From: Nitrospirota bacterium
GTDB taxonomy: Bacteria; Nitrospirota; Thermodesulfovibrionia; Thermodesulfovibrionales; JdFR-88
Assembly (NCBI GenBank): GCA_021789215.1
Contig: JAJYJS010000006.1
Span: 25,875-89,874 of the forward strand
Direction of reading: 5' to 3'
Length of the DNA stretch: 64,000 bases
A model generated the notes under the pieces. The model was not told where the DNA came from. It saw nothing but the letters and a program-made list of their open reading frames with translations, and ran no database searches. Shown here piece after piece: positions 32,836 to 41,765 of the stretch (positions are counted from its first letter, which is position 1; each line of letters begins with the position of its first letter). Both the position numbers and the translations under genes were made by a program.

Positions 32836-35183
32836 CCACCGTCTCTCAGGCGCGGGACTCCTCGCGCATAAGGCCCGTCTACCTGGTGGAGATAACGCTG
32901 GGGAACTCCGGCCCCACGCTCTATTTCTCCGACCGGAACCTGACCGTGGCCGGGCAGATATACGAGGACTACCTGGCGGACCTCTCGGGCCTGGGCGACG
33001 AGGTGCACCGCGCGGACTCAAGCGCCCTGAACTCTGACATCACCCTCACGTTCAAAAACGGCAGGATAAGCCGCCTGGGCACGGACTACAACTACCTCAT
33101 CGAGCTGGGCGGCACCTACCCCTTCGAGGCCGCCATCTGCCAGATATCGGAGACATACCTTGACGACGCGGGCACCCCCTCGGACACGGCCCTTATCTTC
33201 AAGGGGGCGCTCGATTCGCCCTCCGATATAGACCTGATGGGTTTCAAGTGCAAGGTAAGCTCGATGGCCTTCCTCATGGACAAGCGATGGGCGCAGTCCC
33301 AGATAAACCTGACGGACTACCCCAACGCTTACGAGGACGTGGGCAAGTACGAGCCCATAGTCTACGGCCGGAACATCCTCATGCCCGCCCTCCGGACGGA
33401 CTGGGGCGCGAAGACAACCTTGGTTGCCGACATCACGGCCGCGCAGATGACGCTGGAGCTTTCGGACGCCTCGCGCTTCCCCGCCTCGGGCGACATCGTG
33501 ATAGACAGCGAGCAGATACACTACACATCGAAGACGGGCAACGTCCTCAATATCTACCAGAGGGGTGCGGGGGGCACAACGGCCCAGCCCCATGGGGCCG
33601 GGGCCGACGCCTGGCAGTACCAGGCGGCCTACGACAGCCTGCTTGCGGGCCACCCGCTGGCAAGTGTGGGGGACGTCTTCGCGGAGATAGCGGGCAAGTT
33701 CTGGAGGGTGACAAGCGGGGTGACCTCCGTGGTGGTGAACGGCAAGCAGGTCCTCCGGGCCACGGATGTCCTCAGCGTGAGGGGCGCGATAGACAACATG
33801 AGCATCACGGACGGGATAACGATAAACGACGGGATATCGGTCTCCCAGGGCTCCCACAGCCACAATATCGGCGGGCTCACGAGCACCATCTATGGCAATA
33901 ACGCCTCCAGTTACGGCCAGCACAACACGGCCGTCCAGGGGGCCCTCACGAACCTCTATGACACAAACCAGGGCACATACTGCTATTCGGGCAAGGCCGA
34001 CAGCTTCACAGGCTGGTTTACCGTGACGGTGAACTTCCCAGCCTATTCCGGCCCGGCCCCCTCTGCCGTGAGGGTGTGCATCACGCACCAGAGCTGGAAT
34101 AACGGCAGCACGGGCAATGACTATGTACGGCTGACCTATCCGCAGACGATAAACCTGGACAAGTCCAACACCAAGGTCACGCAAAAGTTCAACGTGGGGA
34201 CCACGGTGCCCGCGGCCGCCACCTATATCGTCGACTGGGACGGCTCGACAAGCCAGGCCTGGGGCTATGTCTTTGAGATTTGGCTGGAGATAGACACGGC
34301 CGCCACGACGTCGAACCCGGCCGCGGGGGTTGCCAAGAGCGGCACGGTCTCGAAATCGGGCACGGTCTCGATGAGCGGCGAGGTCGTCTCCACCCACACG
34401 GTGGAGCGCCTCCATGCCGTGGTGAGCGGGTACCAGGACGACGCCCTGGGCACCTACACCGGCACGCCCTTAGCCGTCATCGAGCAGCCCAATCACGTGT
34501 TCAGGCACTTCCTCGCGGCCCTCACCGGGCTCTTTCCCACGACGGACATAGACTTCCACGTGGCCGGGGCGCTCTATGCCTCATGGGGCTACAAGTTCGC
34601 CTTCGTGATAGACGGCCAGATAAGGCCGTGGGACTTCCTGAAAAAACTCGCCTTCGAGTGCCGGAGCACGCTCTCCTATCAGGCGGGCCTCTGGAGCCTT
34701 GAGGCCATACCGGACGCGGCCCCCGCCCCGGTGAAGACCGTCTCGAAGGATGATTTGGCCGGGCAGTTCGCCAAGTTCAAGTTCGCGAAGATGCCCTGGA
34801 CGGAGCTTGCCAACAGCCTCCAGGCGAGCTTCGCCGTCCTCTACTCCCGGATACCGCAGAAGAGCGAGTCCCCGTGGCTTGGCACGGTAAAGGCCGATGA
34901 CGCGGCCTCCCAGGCCAAATACGGCAAGTACCAAAAGACATTCGAGTTCGAGGCTGTGCGCGACCAGGCGATGGCCCAGAGTGTGCTTGGCCACATCCTC
35001 ACCGAGCTTAAAACCCCGCTCATGACCGTGGAGTTCCCCGTCTTCTGGGAGGACTTCGGCCTGAACGTGGGCGACACTGTGCAGATAGACAACCCGCTCT
35101 ACGGCGGCAGGCTCTTCTTCATCGAGAAGATGGCCCGCCAGAGCCCCTCCACCGCCCTCATCACGGCAATGGAGTGGTGGTAG
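32832..35183 (+). CDS. Large tail tip / host-specificity-type protein (783 aa)
   Basis: It is the last and largest ORF. The N-terminus is RIRPVYLVEITLGNSGPTLYFSDRNLTVAGQIYEDYL, there is an internal Ser/Thr/Gly/Asn-rich beta region, and a triple (K/M)SG(T/E)VS micro-repeat. Confidence 0.55.
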   Translation: MTTVSQARDSSRIRPVYLVEITLGNSGPTLYFSDRNLTVAGQIYEDYLADLSGLGDEVHRADSSALNSDITLTFKNGRISRLGTDYNYLIELGGTYPFEAAICQISETYLDDAGTPSDTALIFKGALDSPSDIDLMGFKCKVSSMAFLMDKRWAQSQINLTDYPNAYEDVGKYEPIVYGRNILMPALRTDWGAKTTLVADITAAQMTLELSDASRFPASGDIVIDSEQIHYTSKTGNVLNIYQRGAGGTTAQPHGAGADAWQYQAAYDSLLAGHPLASVGDVFAEIAGKFWRVTSGVTSVVVNGKQVLRATDVLSVRGAIDNMSITDGITINDGISVSQGSHSHNIGGLTSTIYGNNASSYGQHNTAVQGALTNLYDTNQGTYCYSGKADSFTGWFTVTVNFPAYSGPAPSAVRVCITHQSWNNGSTGNDYVRLTYPQTINLDKSNTKVTQKFNVGTTVPAAATYIVDWDGSTSQAWGYVFEIWLEIDTAATTSNPAAGVAKSGTVSKSGTVSMSGEVVSTHTVERLHAVVSGYQDDALGTYTGTPLAVIEQPNHVFRHFLAALTGLFPTTDIDFHVAGALYASWGYKFAFVIDGQIRPWDFLKKLAFECRSTLSYQAGLWSLEAIPDAAPAPVKTVSKDDLAGQFAKFKFAKMPWTELANSLQASFAVLYSRIPQKSESPWLGTVKADDAASQAKYGKYQKTFEFEAVRDQAMAQSVLGHILTELKTPLMTVEFPVFWEDFGLNVGDTVQIDNPLYGGRLFFIEKMARQSPSTALITAMEWW

Positions 35184-35245
35184 GCTTAGTGCTATTTTAA
35201 AAGGTATGTTTTCCGCCATCGGGGAACATATCTTTAATTGAAGAA

Positions 35246-35273
35246 CCCCGCGGCAGAGACCGCGGGGATTCTT
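35246..35273 (+). terminator. Terminator-like hairpin at the right end of the cluster
   Basis: CCCCGCGG-CAGAGA-CCGCGGGG followed by ATTCTT. It is 63 nt after the last stop, at the start of an AT-rich 300-bp spacer. Confidence 0.5.
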
Positions 35274-35490
35274 AATGCAAGGAGTTTTTTATATTCTCAT
35301 TCGCTCGCTTGCCCCTGTGGCAAACCACAGGGAATACGCTCGCTATCCATTTATGATTATCATGAAAGTTTGAAACTCCCCGTTCAGGCTTTTCTCAAGC
35401 TTAAAATCACAGCCTAAACGTATTCAAGGTTATAAGGACAAATTTCATAAGTGGTTGTATACTTTGGGAGAGAAACCTGGGGAGGTAAGA

Positions 35491-35964
35491 ATGAGTCATA
35501 CGTGGAAACCGGTGTTCGTCGTTCTCGCTATTCTGGCGGCTATTTTTATTGCCAGAACAATCATCGTACCGCCTAAGTTCGGCATCTGGGAAAGCGGGTA
35601 TATGTACGGCTGGCACAACAAGGCAAACGAGCAGTTCTGGCTGAACTACAAGGCAAAATACAAGGGCCGGGACTACTGCAACGGGTGCCATCCGGACAAG
35701 TATTCGGCCATCATGAACTCTCCGCACGCGATAATCCAGTGCGAAGACTGCCACGGGCCCGCCATCGACCACCCGGACAACCCGCCCAAGCTCGCAATCG
35801 ACAAAAGCAGGGCGTTGTGCCTGAGGTGCCATGTCAAGCTCCCGTACCCGACTTCCCACAGAAACGATCTTCCGGGCTTTCTGAACCCGGACGAGCACAA
35901 CCCGGGCATCGAATGCGTTTCCTGCCACAACCCGCACAGCCCGGTGCTAGGAGGCATGCGATGA
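35491..35964 (+). CDS. Membrane-anchored tetraheme cytochrome c
   Basis: Four CXXCH motifs (CNGCH, CEDCH, CLRCH, CVSCH) and an N-terminal TM helix VFVVLAILAAIFIA. The start is trimmed to MSHTWKP, which has GGGGAGG upstream. Confidence 0.85.
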   Translation: MSHTWKPVFVVLAILAAIFIARTIIVPPKFGIWESGYMYGWHNKANEQFWLNYKAKYKGRDYCNGCHPDKYSAIMNSPHAIIQCEDCHGPAIDHPDNPPKLAIDKSRALCLRCHVKLPYPTSHRNDLPGFLNPDEHNPGIECVSCHNPHSPVLGGMR

Positions 35965-36722
35965 ACAGAAGAAAGTTCCTGAAGATAATTGGCGGCATGG
36001 CCGCGGGCGCCGGCGCTATCGGGACGTTCAGGTTCCTGGCCCCCGGAGAGGCGGAGGCGCTCATCAAGTCGAGCAACATCAGGTGGGCGTTCCTTGTGGA
36101 CACGTACAAGTGCGTGGGATGCGGCATGTGCGTCAAGGCCTGCAAGCTGGAAAACGGCATCCCCTACGACGCCCCCGTCACGCGCACCTGGGTGGAGCGC
36201 TACGTCATCCTCAAGGACGGCGACGTGCTGGCCGACACCCCCAAGGGCGCAAGGGACGGTTTCACGTCCCCGGTCACCGAGGGCAGACAGGTAAACCCGG
36301 CCGACATCGACAAGGCGTTTTTCGTCCCCAAGCTCTGCAACCAGTGCGACAAGCCCCCCTGCGTCCAGGTCTGCCCGGTGGGCGCGACCTACCGCACGGC
36401 CCAGGGCATTGTCCTCGTGGACCGCACATGGTGCATAGGGTGCGGCTACTGCATCATGGCCTGCCCCTACGGCGTCAGGTTTTTCCACCCCGTCTACCAC
36501 ACGGCGGAAAAATGCACCTTCTGCTATCACAGGATAAACCACGGCATGACGACGGCCTGCGTCCAGGCCTGTCCGTTCGACGCCAGGAAGATAGGCAACC
36601 TGAAAGACCCCAACGACCCGGTCACAAAGGTGATAATGACAGAGAGGGTTGCCGTGCTGAAGGACGAATACGGAACGAAGCCCCAGGTCTATTACATCGG
36701 GCTCGACAGGAATGTGAGGTAA
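35961..36722 (+). CDS. Periplasmic 4x[4Fe-4S] ferredoxin-type subunit (NrfC/PsrB/HmcB-like) with Tat signal
   Basis: ATGA overlap with the cytochrome gene. Twin-arginine signal MNRRKFLKIIGG. Four Cys clusters: CVGCGMCVKAC, CNQCDKPPCVQVCP, CIGCGYCIMACP and CTFC...CVQACP. Confidence 0.9.
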   Translation: MNRRKFLKIIGGMAAGAGAIGTFRFLAPGEAEALIKSSNIRWAFLVDTYKCVGCGMCVKACKLENGIPYDAPVTRTWVERYVILKDGDVLADTPKGARDGFTSPVTEGRQVNPADIDKAFFVPKLCNQCDKPPCVQVCPVGATYRTAQGIVLVDRTWCIGCGYCIMACPYGVRFFHPVYHTAEKCTFCYHRINHGMTTACVQACPFDARKIGNLKDPNDPVTKVIMTERVAVLKDEYGTKPQVYYIGLDRNVR

Positions 36723-36729
36723 CGGAAAA

Positions 36730-37995
36730 ATGCACACTTGGTATGTACACGGCTTAGAATGGACCAGAAAAGAGCTGTTCGTCTATCCAAACGAGTATAT
36801 CTACTGGAGCATACAGATTGTGATGTACCCTCTGATGACCGGTCTCGTGGCGGGGGCCTTCGTGCTCAGCTCCCTCTATCATGTCTTCGGCCAGAAGGAC
36901 CTGAAGGACATGGCCAAGTTCGCCCTGGTGTTCTCCTTCGCCCTGCTGCTTGGCGCGCCCATACCGCTGATGCTGCACCTTCAGCACCCGCTCCGGGGGT
37001 TCTTCATCTTCTTCACGCCGCACTTCACGTCGGCCATATCGGCCTTCGGCATCGTCTACATGACCTACGCGCTCATCGTGGCCTTCGAGATATGGTTCGT
37101 CTACCGGGTGTTCTTCGTGCAACAGGTGCACGCGCTTGAAAAGAAGGAGGGCATGGGGGCCTTCCTGAAGAGGCTCATGTACAGGGTATTCACCCTGGGC
37201 GCCTACGACCTGAGCGAGAAGGCCGTGGCCAAGGACAAGAAGGTGATCAAGATACTGGCGGGGGTCGGCGTGCCCGTGGCCGCCTTCCTGCACGGCTACG
37301 CGGGCTTCATCTTCGGCTCCGTCAAGGCCAACGCCCTGTGGATGACCCCGCTGATGCCAGTCATATTCATAATGAGCGCGGTCGTCTCCGGCGTGGCGCT
37401 GTGCATGCTCACCTACATAGTCATAATGGAGTGGAAGAAGTTCCGCGCGGTCAAGGCCAGGAGCACCACCCCCGGCATGGCCCGCTACGAGCAGCTCAAG
37501 GGCGCGGAGGCGGACCTCATAAGGAAGACCTCGCGCTACCTGATATTCTTCATGATATTCGCCTTCTCGCTGGAGCTGCTGGACCTCATATTCCGTGGCT
37601 ACACCGCAGTCAAGAACTGGGACATCCTGCGCTCGGTCATCTACCAGCGGGACTATGTGGACATCTTCGTAAAGCAGTACCTCATCGGCAACATCATCCC
37701 GTTTCTGCTGCTCATCTGGCCCAGGCTCACGGTGCGCAGGGCCGCCTTCGCCACCGCGCTGGTGCTGTTTGGCGTTTACATGATGAGGTACAACGTCGTC
37801 ATCGGCGGCCAGTCCTTCTCTCTCACGTTCGCGGGCTTCATGGACTATGTGATGCCTGTCATCCCGCATAATATGGAGACGTTCAAGGAAGGGCTCCTCG
37901 GGGCGCTGACGGTGGCGATACTGCCGTTCATCTTCTTCTACTTCATAAACAAGGTCATTCCCGCAGTGCCCCAGTCCGGAGGGGAAAAGGCATAG
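36730..37995 (+). CDS. NrfD/PsrC/HmcC-family quinone-interacting integral membrane subunit
   Basis: 421 aa and highly hydrophobic, with about 10 helices. The gene order cytochrome / FeS / NrfD fits. Confidence 0.85.
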   Translation: MHTWYVHGLEWTRKELFVYPNEYIYWSIQIVMYPLMTGLVAGAFVLSSLYHVFGQKDLKDMAKFALVFSFALLLGAPIPLMLHLQHPLRGFFIFFTPHFTSAISAFGIVYMTYALIVAFEIWFVYRVFFVQQVHALEKKEGMGAFLKRLMYRVFTLGAYDLSEKAVAKDKKVIKILAGVGVPVAAFLHGYAGFIFGSVKANALWMTPLMPVIFIMSAVVSGVALCMLTYIVIMEWKKFRAVKARSTTPGMARYEQLKGAEADLIRKTSRYLIFFMIFAFSLELLDLIFRGYTAVKNWDILRSVIYQRDYVDIFVKQYLIGNIIPFLLLIWPRLTVRRAAFATALVLFGVYMMRYNVVIGGQSFSLTFAGFMDYVMPVIPHNMETFKEGLLGALTVAILPFIFFYFINKVIPAVPQSGGEKA

Positions 37996-38008
37996 ATGCG
38001 GGGGCCGG

Positions 38009-38038
38009 GGCGCCGGGCGGAAAAAACCGCCCGGCGCC
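38009..38038. terminator. Bidirectional terminator-like hairpin between the convergent NrfD and Smr genes
   Basis: Perfect 12-bp stem GGCGCCGGGCGG-AAAAAA-CCGCCCGGCGCC. Confidence 0.6.
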
Positions 38039-38740
38039 TCAGCCTTTTTTCCCAGACCTCAACAATATATATGTTGCCCCGAGCCCCCCGTCGGAGCCCT
38101 TCGCCGTTGAATAGGCCCATATCCTTTTCTTGAACGGCCCTTCAAGGAGCCTCCTTACCGACTCCTTGAGCACCGGGCCGTTTGGGGAGCGCAGCCCCCT
38201 GCCGTGTATCACCTTCACGCAGAAAAGCCTGTTCCTCATCGCCCCGTGCAGAAAGTCCCGCACCGCCTCCTCGGCCTCCGGGGCGGTAAAGCCGTGCAGG
38301 TCTATCGTCTCCTGGACGGCGAACTCGCCGGCGTGGAGCCTCCGGGCCAGGTCCCTCCTGCCCGTGCGGGGGCTCGTCCATTCGATATATTCCGCCGTCT
38401 GCGTGAGGTCTATGCCTTCCTTGCCCTCCACAATCTTTTTGAGCGCATCCATGCTGTTGTCAGGGCGTCTCCTGCCCGGAGGCATTTTTGCCCTTGACGC
38501 GCGGGGCGCGTCCATGTCCCTGAACTCCTTTATCTCCCGCACGCCGGACATGGCATCGAGGAATACCTCCTCGTCCGTCCTGAAATCCTCAGCGGTCTTT
38601 TTCGCGGGCTGAATGGCTTTTTTATTTTTGTTTTTCAGTCCCGACGCGGGCTTTTTTTCCCCTATCTTCAGGTCCTTCAGGACCCCGAAGGGGCTGAAAG
38701 TAAGACGGGATGAAGGTGTTTTCATTGCACGGCTCCTCAC
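38039..38740 (-). CDS. Smr-domain protein
   Basis: C-terminal Smr pattern IDLHGFTAPEAEEAV...VKVIHGRGLRSPNGPVLKESV. Confidence 0.85.
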   Translation of the reverse strand: MRSRAMKTPSSRLTFSPFGVLKDLKIGEKKPASGLKNKNKKAIQPAKKTAEDFRTDEEVFLDAMSGVREIKEFRDMDAPRASRAKMPPGRRRPDNSMDALKKIVEGKEGIDLTQTAEYIEWTSPRTGRRDLARRLHAGEFAVQETIDLHGFTAPEAEEAVRDFLHGAMRNRLFCVKVIHGRGLRSPNGPVLKESVRRLLEGPFKKRIWAYSTAKGSDGGLGATYILLRSGKKG

Positions 38741-38829
38741 TTAGTATAACAACCCGCATGCCGCGTTTTCAAAAAACGGGAAGCCAGAAAGCGGTTTCCT
38801 TCCGGCCCCCGAACCGATAAAATAACCTG

Positions 38830-40227
38830 ATGGACTACTCCTCCATAGTGGACTATCTCAGGCGCGTAACGGACATCCTCGGCAACTGGGCATACATGAT
38901 AATCTTCCTTGCCGCCTTCCTGGAAAGCTCGGCCTTCCTCGGCCTGCTGGTGCCGGGGGAAACGGCGGTGGTGGTGGCCGGGTTCCTTTCGGCGCAGGGC
39001 TACCTGGGGCTTGCGGACTGCCTCGCCGCCGTCTCCCTCGGCGCGGTGCTTGGCGACAGCGTGGGCTACGTCCTCGGCAAAAAGGTGGGCAGGGGGTATT
39101 TCGAAAGGCACGAGAAACTCGTCCTCATAAAGAGAAAACACCTGGACAAGGTGGACTCCTATTTCAGGGCCCACGGCGGCAAGACCATCTTTTTCGGCCG
39201 CTTCATAGGCATCCTCCGGGCGCTGGCCCCCTTCGTGGCGGGCATGGGCGGGATGCACTACGGCAGGTTCGCCTCATACAATGTGGCAGGCGGCATCCTC
39301 TGGGCGGTCTCATTCACCCTGCTGGGGTATTTTTTCGGCCAGAGCTGGCATCTCGTGGAAAAATGGGCCGGGCGGGCGGGCCTCCTCATTCTCGTCTTTT
39401 TCCTCGTCCTCCTGGGCTTCAGCTACCTGTTCAAGCTGCTTGCCAGAAGGCAGAAGGAGTTCTTCGGGTGGTTCCGGGCGCGTTACGCGCGCTTCATGGC
39501 CCGCGAGGACGTCCGGGGATTCCTGGCCCGCCACCCGGCGGCGGTCTCTTTTTTCCGCGAAAGGCTCACTCCCGGCAGGTATCTCCTTTACCATTTCCCG
39601 GCCGGTTTTGTCCTGAGCGCCGTCTCCGTGTGGATATTCGAGACCTTTTTCACGGAGGGCCTGGTCCGGAGCAGCTTTTTCATCGCCGTTAACCGTTTCA
39701 TGCAGGCGCAGGTGCTTTATTTCGAGACCCCGGCTGTCACCCGGATAATGGAGGCGGTAAACCGGATAGGCGGCGGATGGATTGTGACGGCGGGAAGCCT
39801 CCTGCTTATATCCTATCTGCTTCTGGCGCGAAAGTTCGTGTTCATCACGGGATACGTGACGGCGCTTGCCGGGGGCAACATGCTGGCCATCATATCCAGA
39901 TACGTCCTTGGCAGGAAAACAGGCCCTTCCCTCTGGGTGCTTCACAGGGTGCTGCTGCCGGGCAGCTACATCATGACATCCCTTATTTTTTACGGCATGG
40001 CGGCCTATATAATAATCCGCAGCATAAGGAGATGGGAATTCCGCCTGCTGGCCGCCTTTTCCGCCGTGTTTGTTGCCCTGTGCGTGGGCGTGAGCAGGAT
40101 ATACCTGAGGATGGCCTCCCCGCTGGAATTGCTGGTCACGATGGCCAACGGCCTTTTTTTCCTGTTCGTCTGGATAACGGGGCTGGAGATTTACGTCCTC
40201 AAATCCAGAAGGAAGCCGGAGGCGTAG
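38830..40227 (+). CDS. DedA-family membrane protein fused to a PAP2-like membrane domain
   Basis: The N-terminal half is DedA-like (FLESSAFLGLLVPGETAVVVAGF...GRFIGILRALAPFVAG). The C-terminal half has PAP2-like spacing but altered motifs (GRKTGP / PGSY / SRIYLRMASPLE). Confidence 0.7.
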   Translation: MDYSSIVDYLRRVTDILGNWAYMIIFLAAFLESSAFLGLLVPGETAVVVAGFLSAQGYLGLADCLAAVSLGAVLGDSVGYVLGKKVGRGYFERHEKLVLIKRKHLDKVDSYFRAHGGKTIFFGRFIGILRALAPFVAGMGGMHYGRFASYNVAGGILWAVSFTLLGYFFGQSWHLVEKWAGRAGLLILVFFLVLLGFSYLFKLLARRQKEFFGWFRARYARFMAREDVRGFLARHPAAVSFFRERLTPGRYLLYHFPAGFVLSAVSVWIFETFFTEGLVRSSFFIAVNRFMQAQVLYFETPAVTRIMEAVNRIGGGWIVTAGSLLLISYLLLARKFVFITGYVTALAGGNMLAIISRYVLGRKTGPSLWVLHRVLLPGSYIMTSLIFYGMAAYIIIRSIRRWEFRLLAAFSAVFVALCVGVSRIYLRMASPLELLVTMANGLFFLFVWITGLEIYVLKSRRKPEA

Positions 40228-40313
40228 GGAGGCGGGATTTTTCTTAAAAGGGCGTCATTGGCCGCTTTCCCGGCCCTCGCCTGCCGGTTGGCTCCGCCGC
40301 GGATAAAGGGGCA

Positions 40314-41765
40314 TCACGAAATTTTTTCCTGCTGTTCCTTTTCGAGCTTTGTCTCCCCGCCATTGTTGGCGACGGCGGAGGTCCTCAGGTGAAATGGCTC
40401 GCCGCTGGGCAATATCGTCCGGCGCACGGCGGCGGCTGCGGCAGGACCGTGTTCCCCCAGACCCAGGGCCTCCGTATAGACGGAATGGTGATGCAGCAGG
40501 CTGCCGATAACGGAGGCGATAACGCACGCAGGCATCGCCGCCAGCACCACATGGTAGTTGTGCGTGACCTCGAAAACCATGATGGCGGACATCGCGGGGG
40601 CATGGGTGGTGGCAGCGAGCAGGCTGCCCGCACCGACCAGTATCCAGAGCGTCTGGGAATGGTCGGCCCACGGCGTCAGCATCGTGTGGCCGATGAGCAG
40701 CCCCAGGGAGGCGCCGGTCACCAGGGTCGGGGTCAGCACGCCGCCGGGTATGCCCGCGGCGCTGGCGAACGTGACGGCGGCCAGCCGCAGCAGGAACACG
40801 GCTACTATCGCGCTCAATGCCCAATGAGCGGACAGGAAGGACTGCATCACGCTGAAACCGTTGCCCCAGACCTCGGGCCGCGCGACGGACAAGAGCCCGA
40901 TGGCAAGCCCGGCCACGCCCATGCGCACAGGCAAAAAGGTGAACAGCGGCTGGTAGCGGCGGTTTGACGTATGCAGCAGCCACAGAAACACCGGGCCGAA
41001 CAGGCCGGCCGCCAGCCCCACGAGGGACGCGTCAAAGAGGTCGTTGAACCCTACCGGGGGCACGGTGTGCGCAATATAGAGCGGACCGGAAGCGAAGAAC
41101 GCCACAGTGGTGAGCTGGGCGATCACGGCCGAGACCAGGACCGCGCTTATTTCGCGGAGGGCCAGTCCGCCGAGAATGATTTCCGCGACGAACAGGGTGC
41201 CTGCGATCGGGGCATGATACGCGCCCGCAAAGCCGGCCGCCGCGCCGCACGCGACAATCAGCCTGCGGTGGGATTCATCGGCGTGAAAGATCCGCCCAAG
41301 GAGCGAGGAGGCCACGGACGCAAACTGGATCATGGTCCCTTCGCGGCCGATCGTAATGCCTCCGCTCACGCCGATGAGCGAGGAACCTGTCCGGACGAGG
41401 TTCGGGCCAAGCGGCAAAATGCCGTCTCCCACGTGCACCGCCTCCATGTATTCCGGTCCGCGCGGCCGTTTGATCCAGCGATGGCCCGCCCACATTGCCA
41501 GTCCGCTTGCGATGCCGGCGATCGTCGGCACCACAACGCGCGCCCATAACGGCAACGAGCGCGCGGCCGCCACCAGATGCTCCTGCGAGGAATAGAGGCG
41601 GACAATCGCGTACATCGCCGCGCGGAACAGTTCAACGGCAAGGGAACCGACAAAGCCGACCGCCGCCGCGACCAGAAGCATTGGGACCATCGGATCAAGA
41701 TCCAGACTGAATGGGGTTTCGGGATGCTCCAGCCGGAGGCACTTTTTTACAAACTTAAAAGTCAT
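40314..41765 (-). CDS. ClC-family anion channel / H+ antiporter with non-canonical filter motifs
   Basis: GITIGREGTMIQ, GIPGGVLTP and 10 or more TM helices. 483 aa. Confidence 0.85.
   Translation of the reverse strand: MTFKFVKKCLRLEHPETPFSLDLDPMVPMLLVAAAVGFVGSLAVELFRAAMYAIVRLYSSQEHLVAAARSLPLWARVVVPTIAGIASGLAMWAGHRWIKRPRGPEYMEAVHVGDGILPLGPNLVRTGSSLIGVSGGITIGREGTMIQFASVASSLLGRIFHADESHRRLIVACGAAAGFAGAYHAPIAGTLFVAEIILGGLALREISAVLVSAVIAQLTTVAFFASGPLYIAHTVPPVGFNDLFDASLVGLAAGLFGPVFLWLLHTSNRRYQPLFTFLPVRMGVAGLAIGLLSVARPEVWGNGFSVMQSFLSAHWALSAIVAVFLLRLAAVTFASAAGIPGGVLTPTLVTGASLGLLIGHTMLTPWADHSQTLWILVGAGSLLAATTHAPAMSAIMVFEVTHNYHVVLAAMPACVIASVIGSLLHHHSVYTEALGLGEHGPAAAAAVRRTILPSGEPFHLRTSAVANNGGETKLEKEQQEKIS

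Larger units (their letters stand above)
20819..35183 (+). mobile_element. Phage-derived head-tail gene cluster, structural genes only (GTA-like / domesticated or defective Mu-like siphophage late region)
   Basis: 19 co-directional ORFs in canonical morphogenesis order with ATGA/GTGA/TTGA stop-start overlaps. There is no integrase, transposase, repressor, replication gene or endolysin. It is flanked by rel and a cytochrome operon. Confidence 0.85.
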
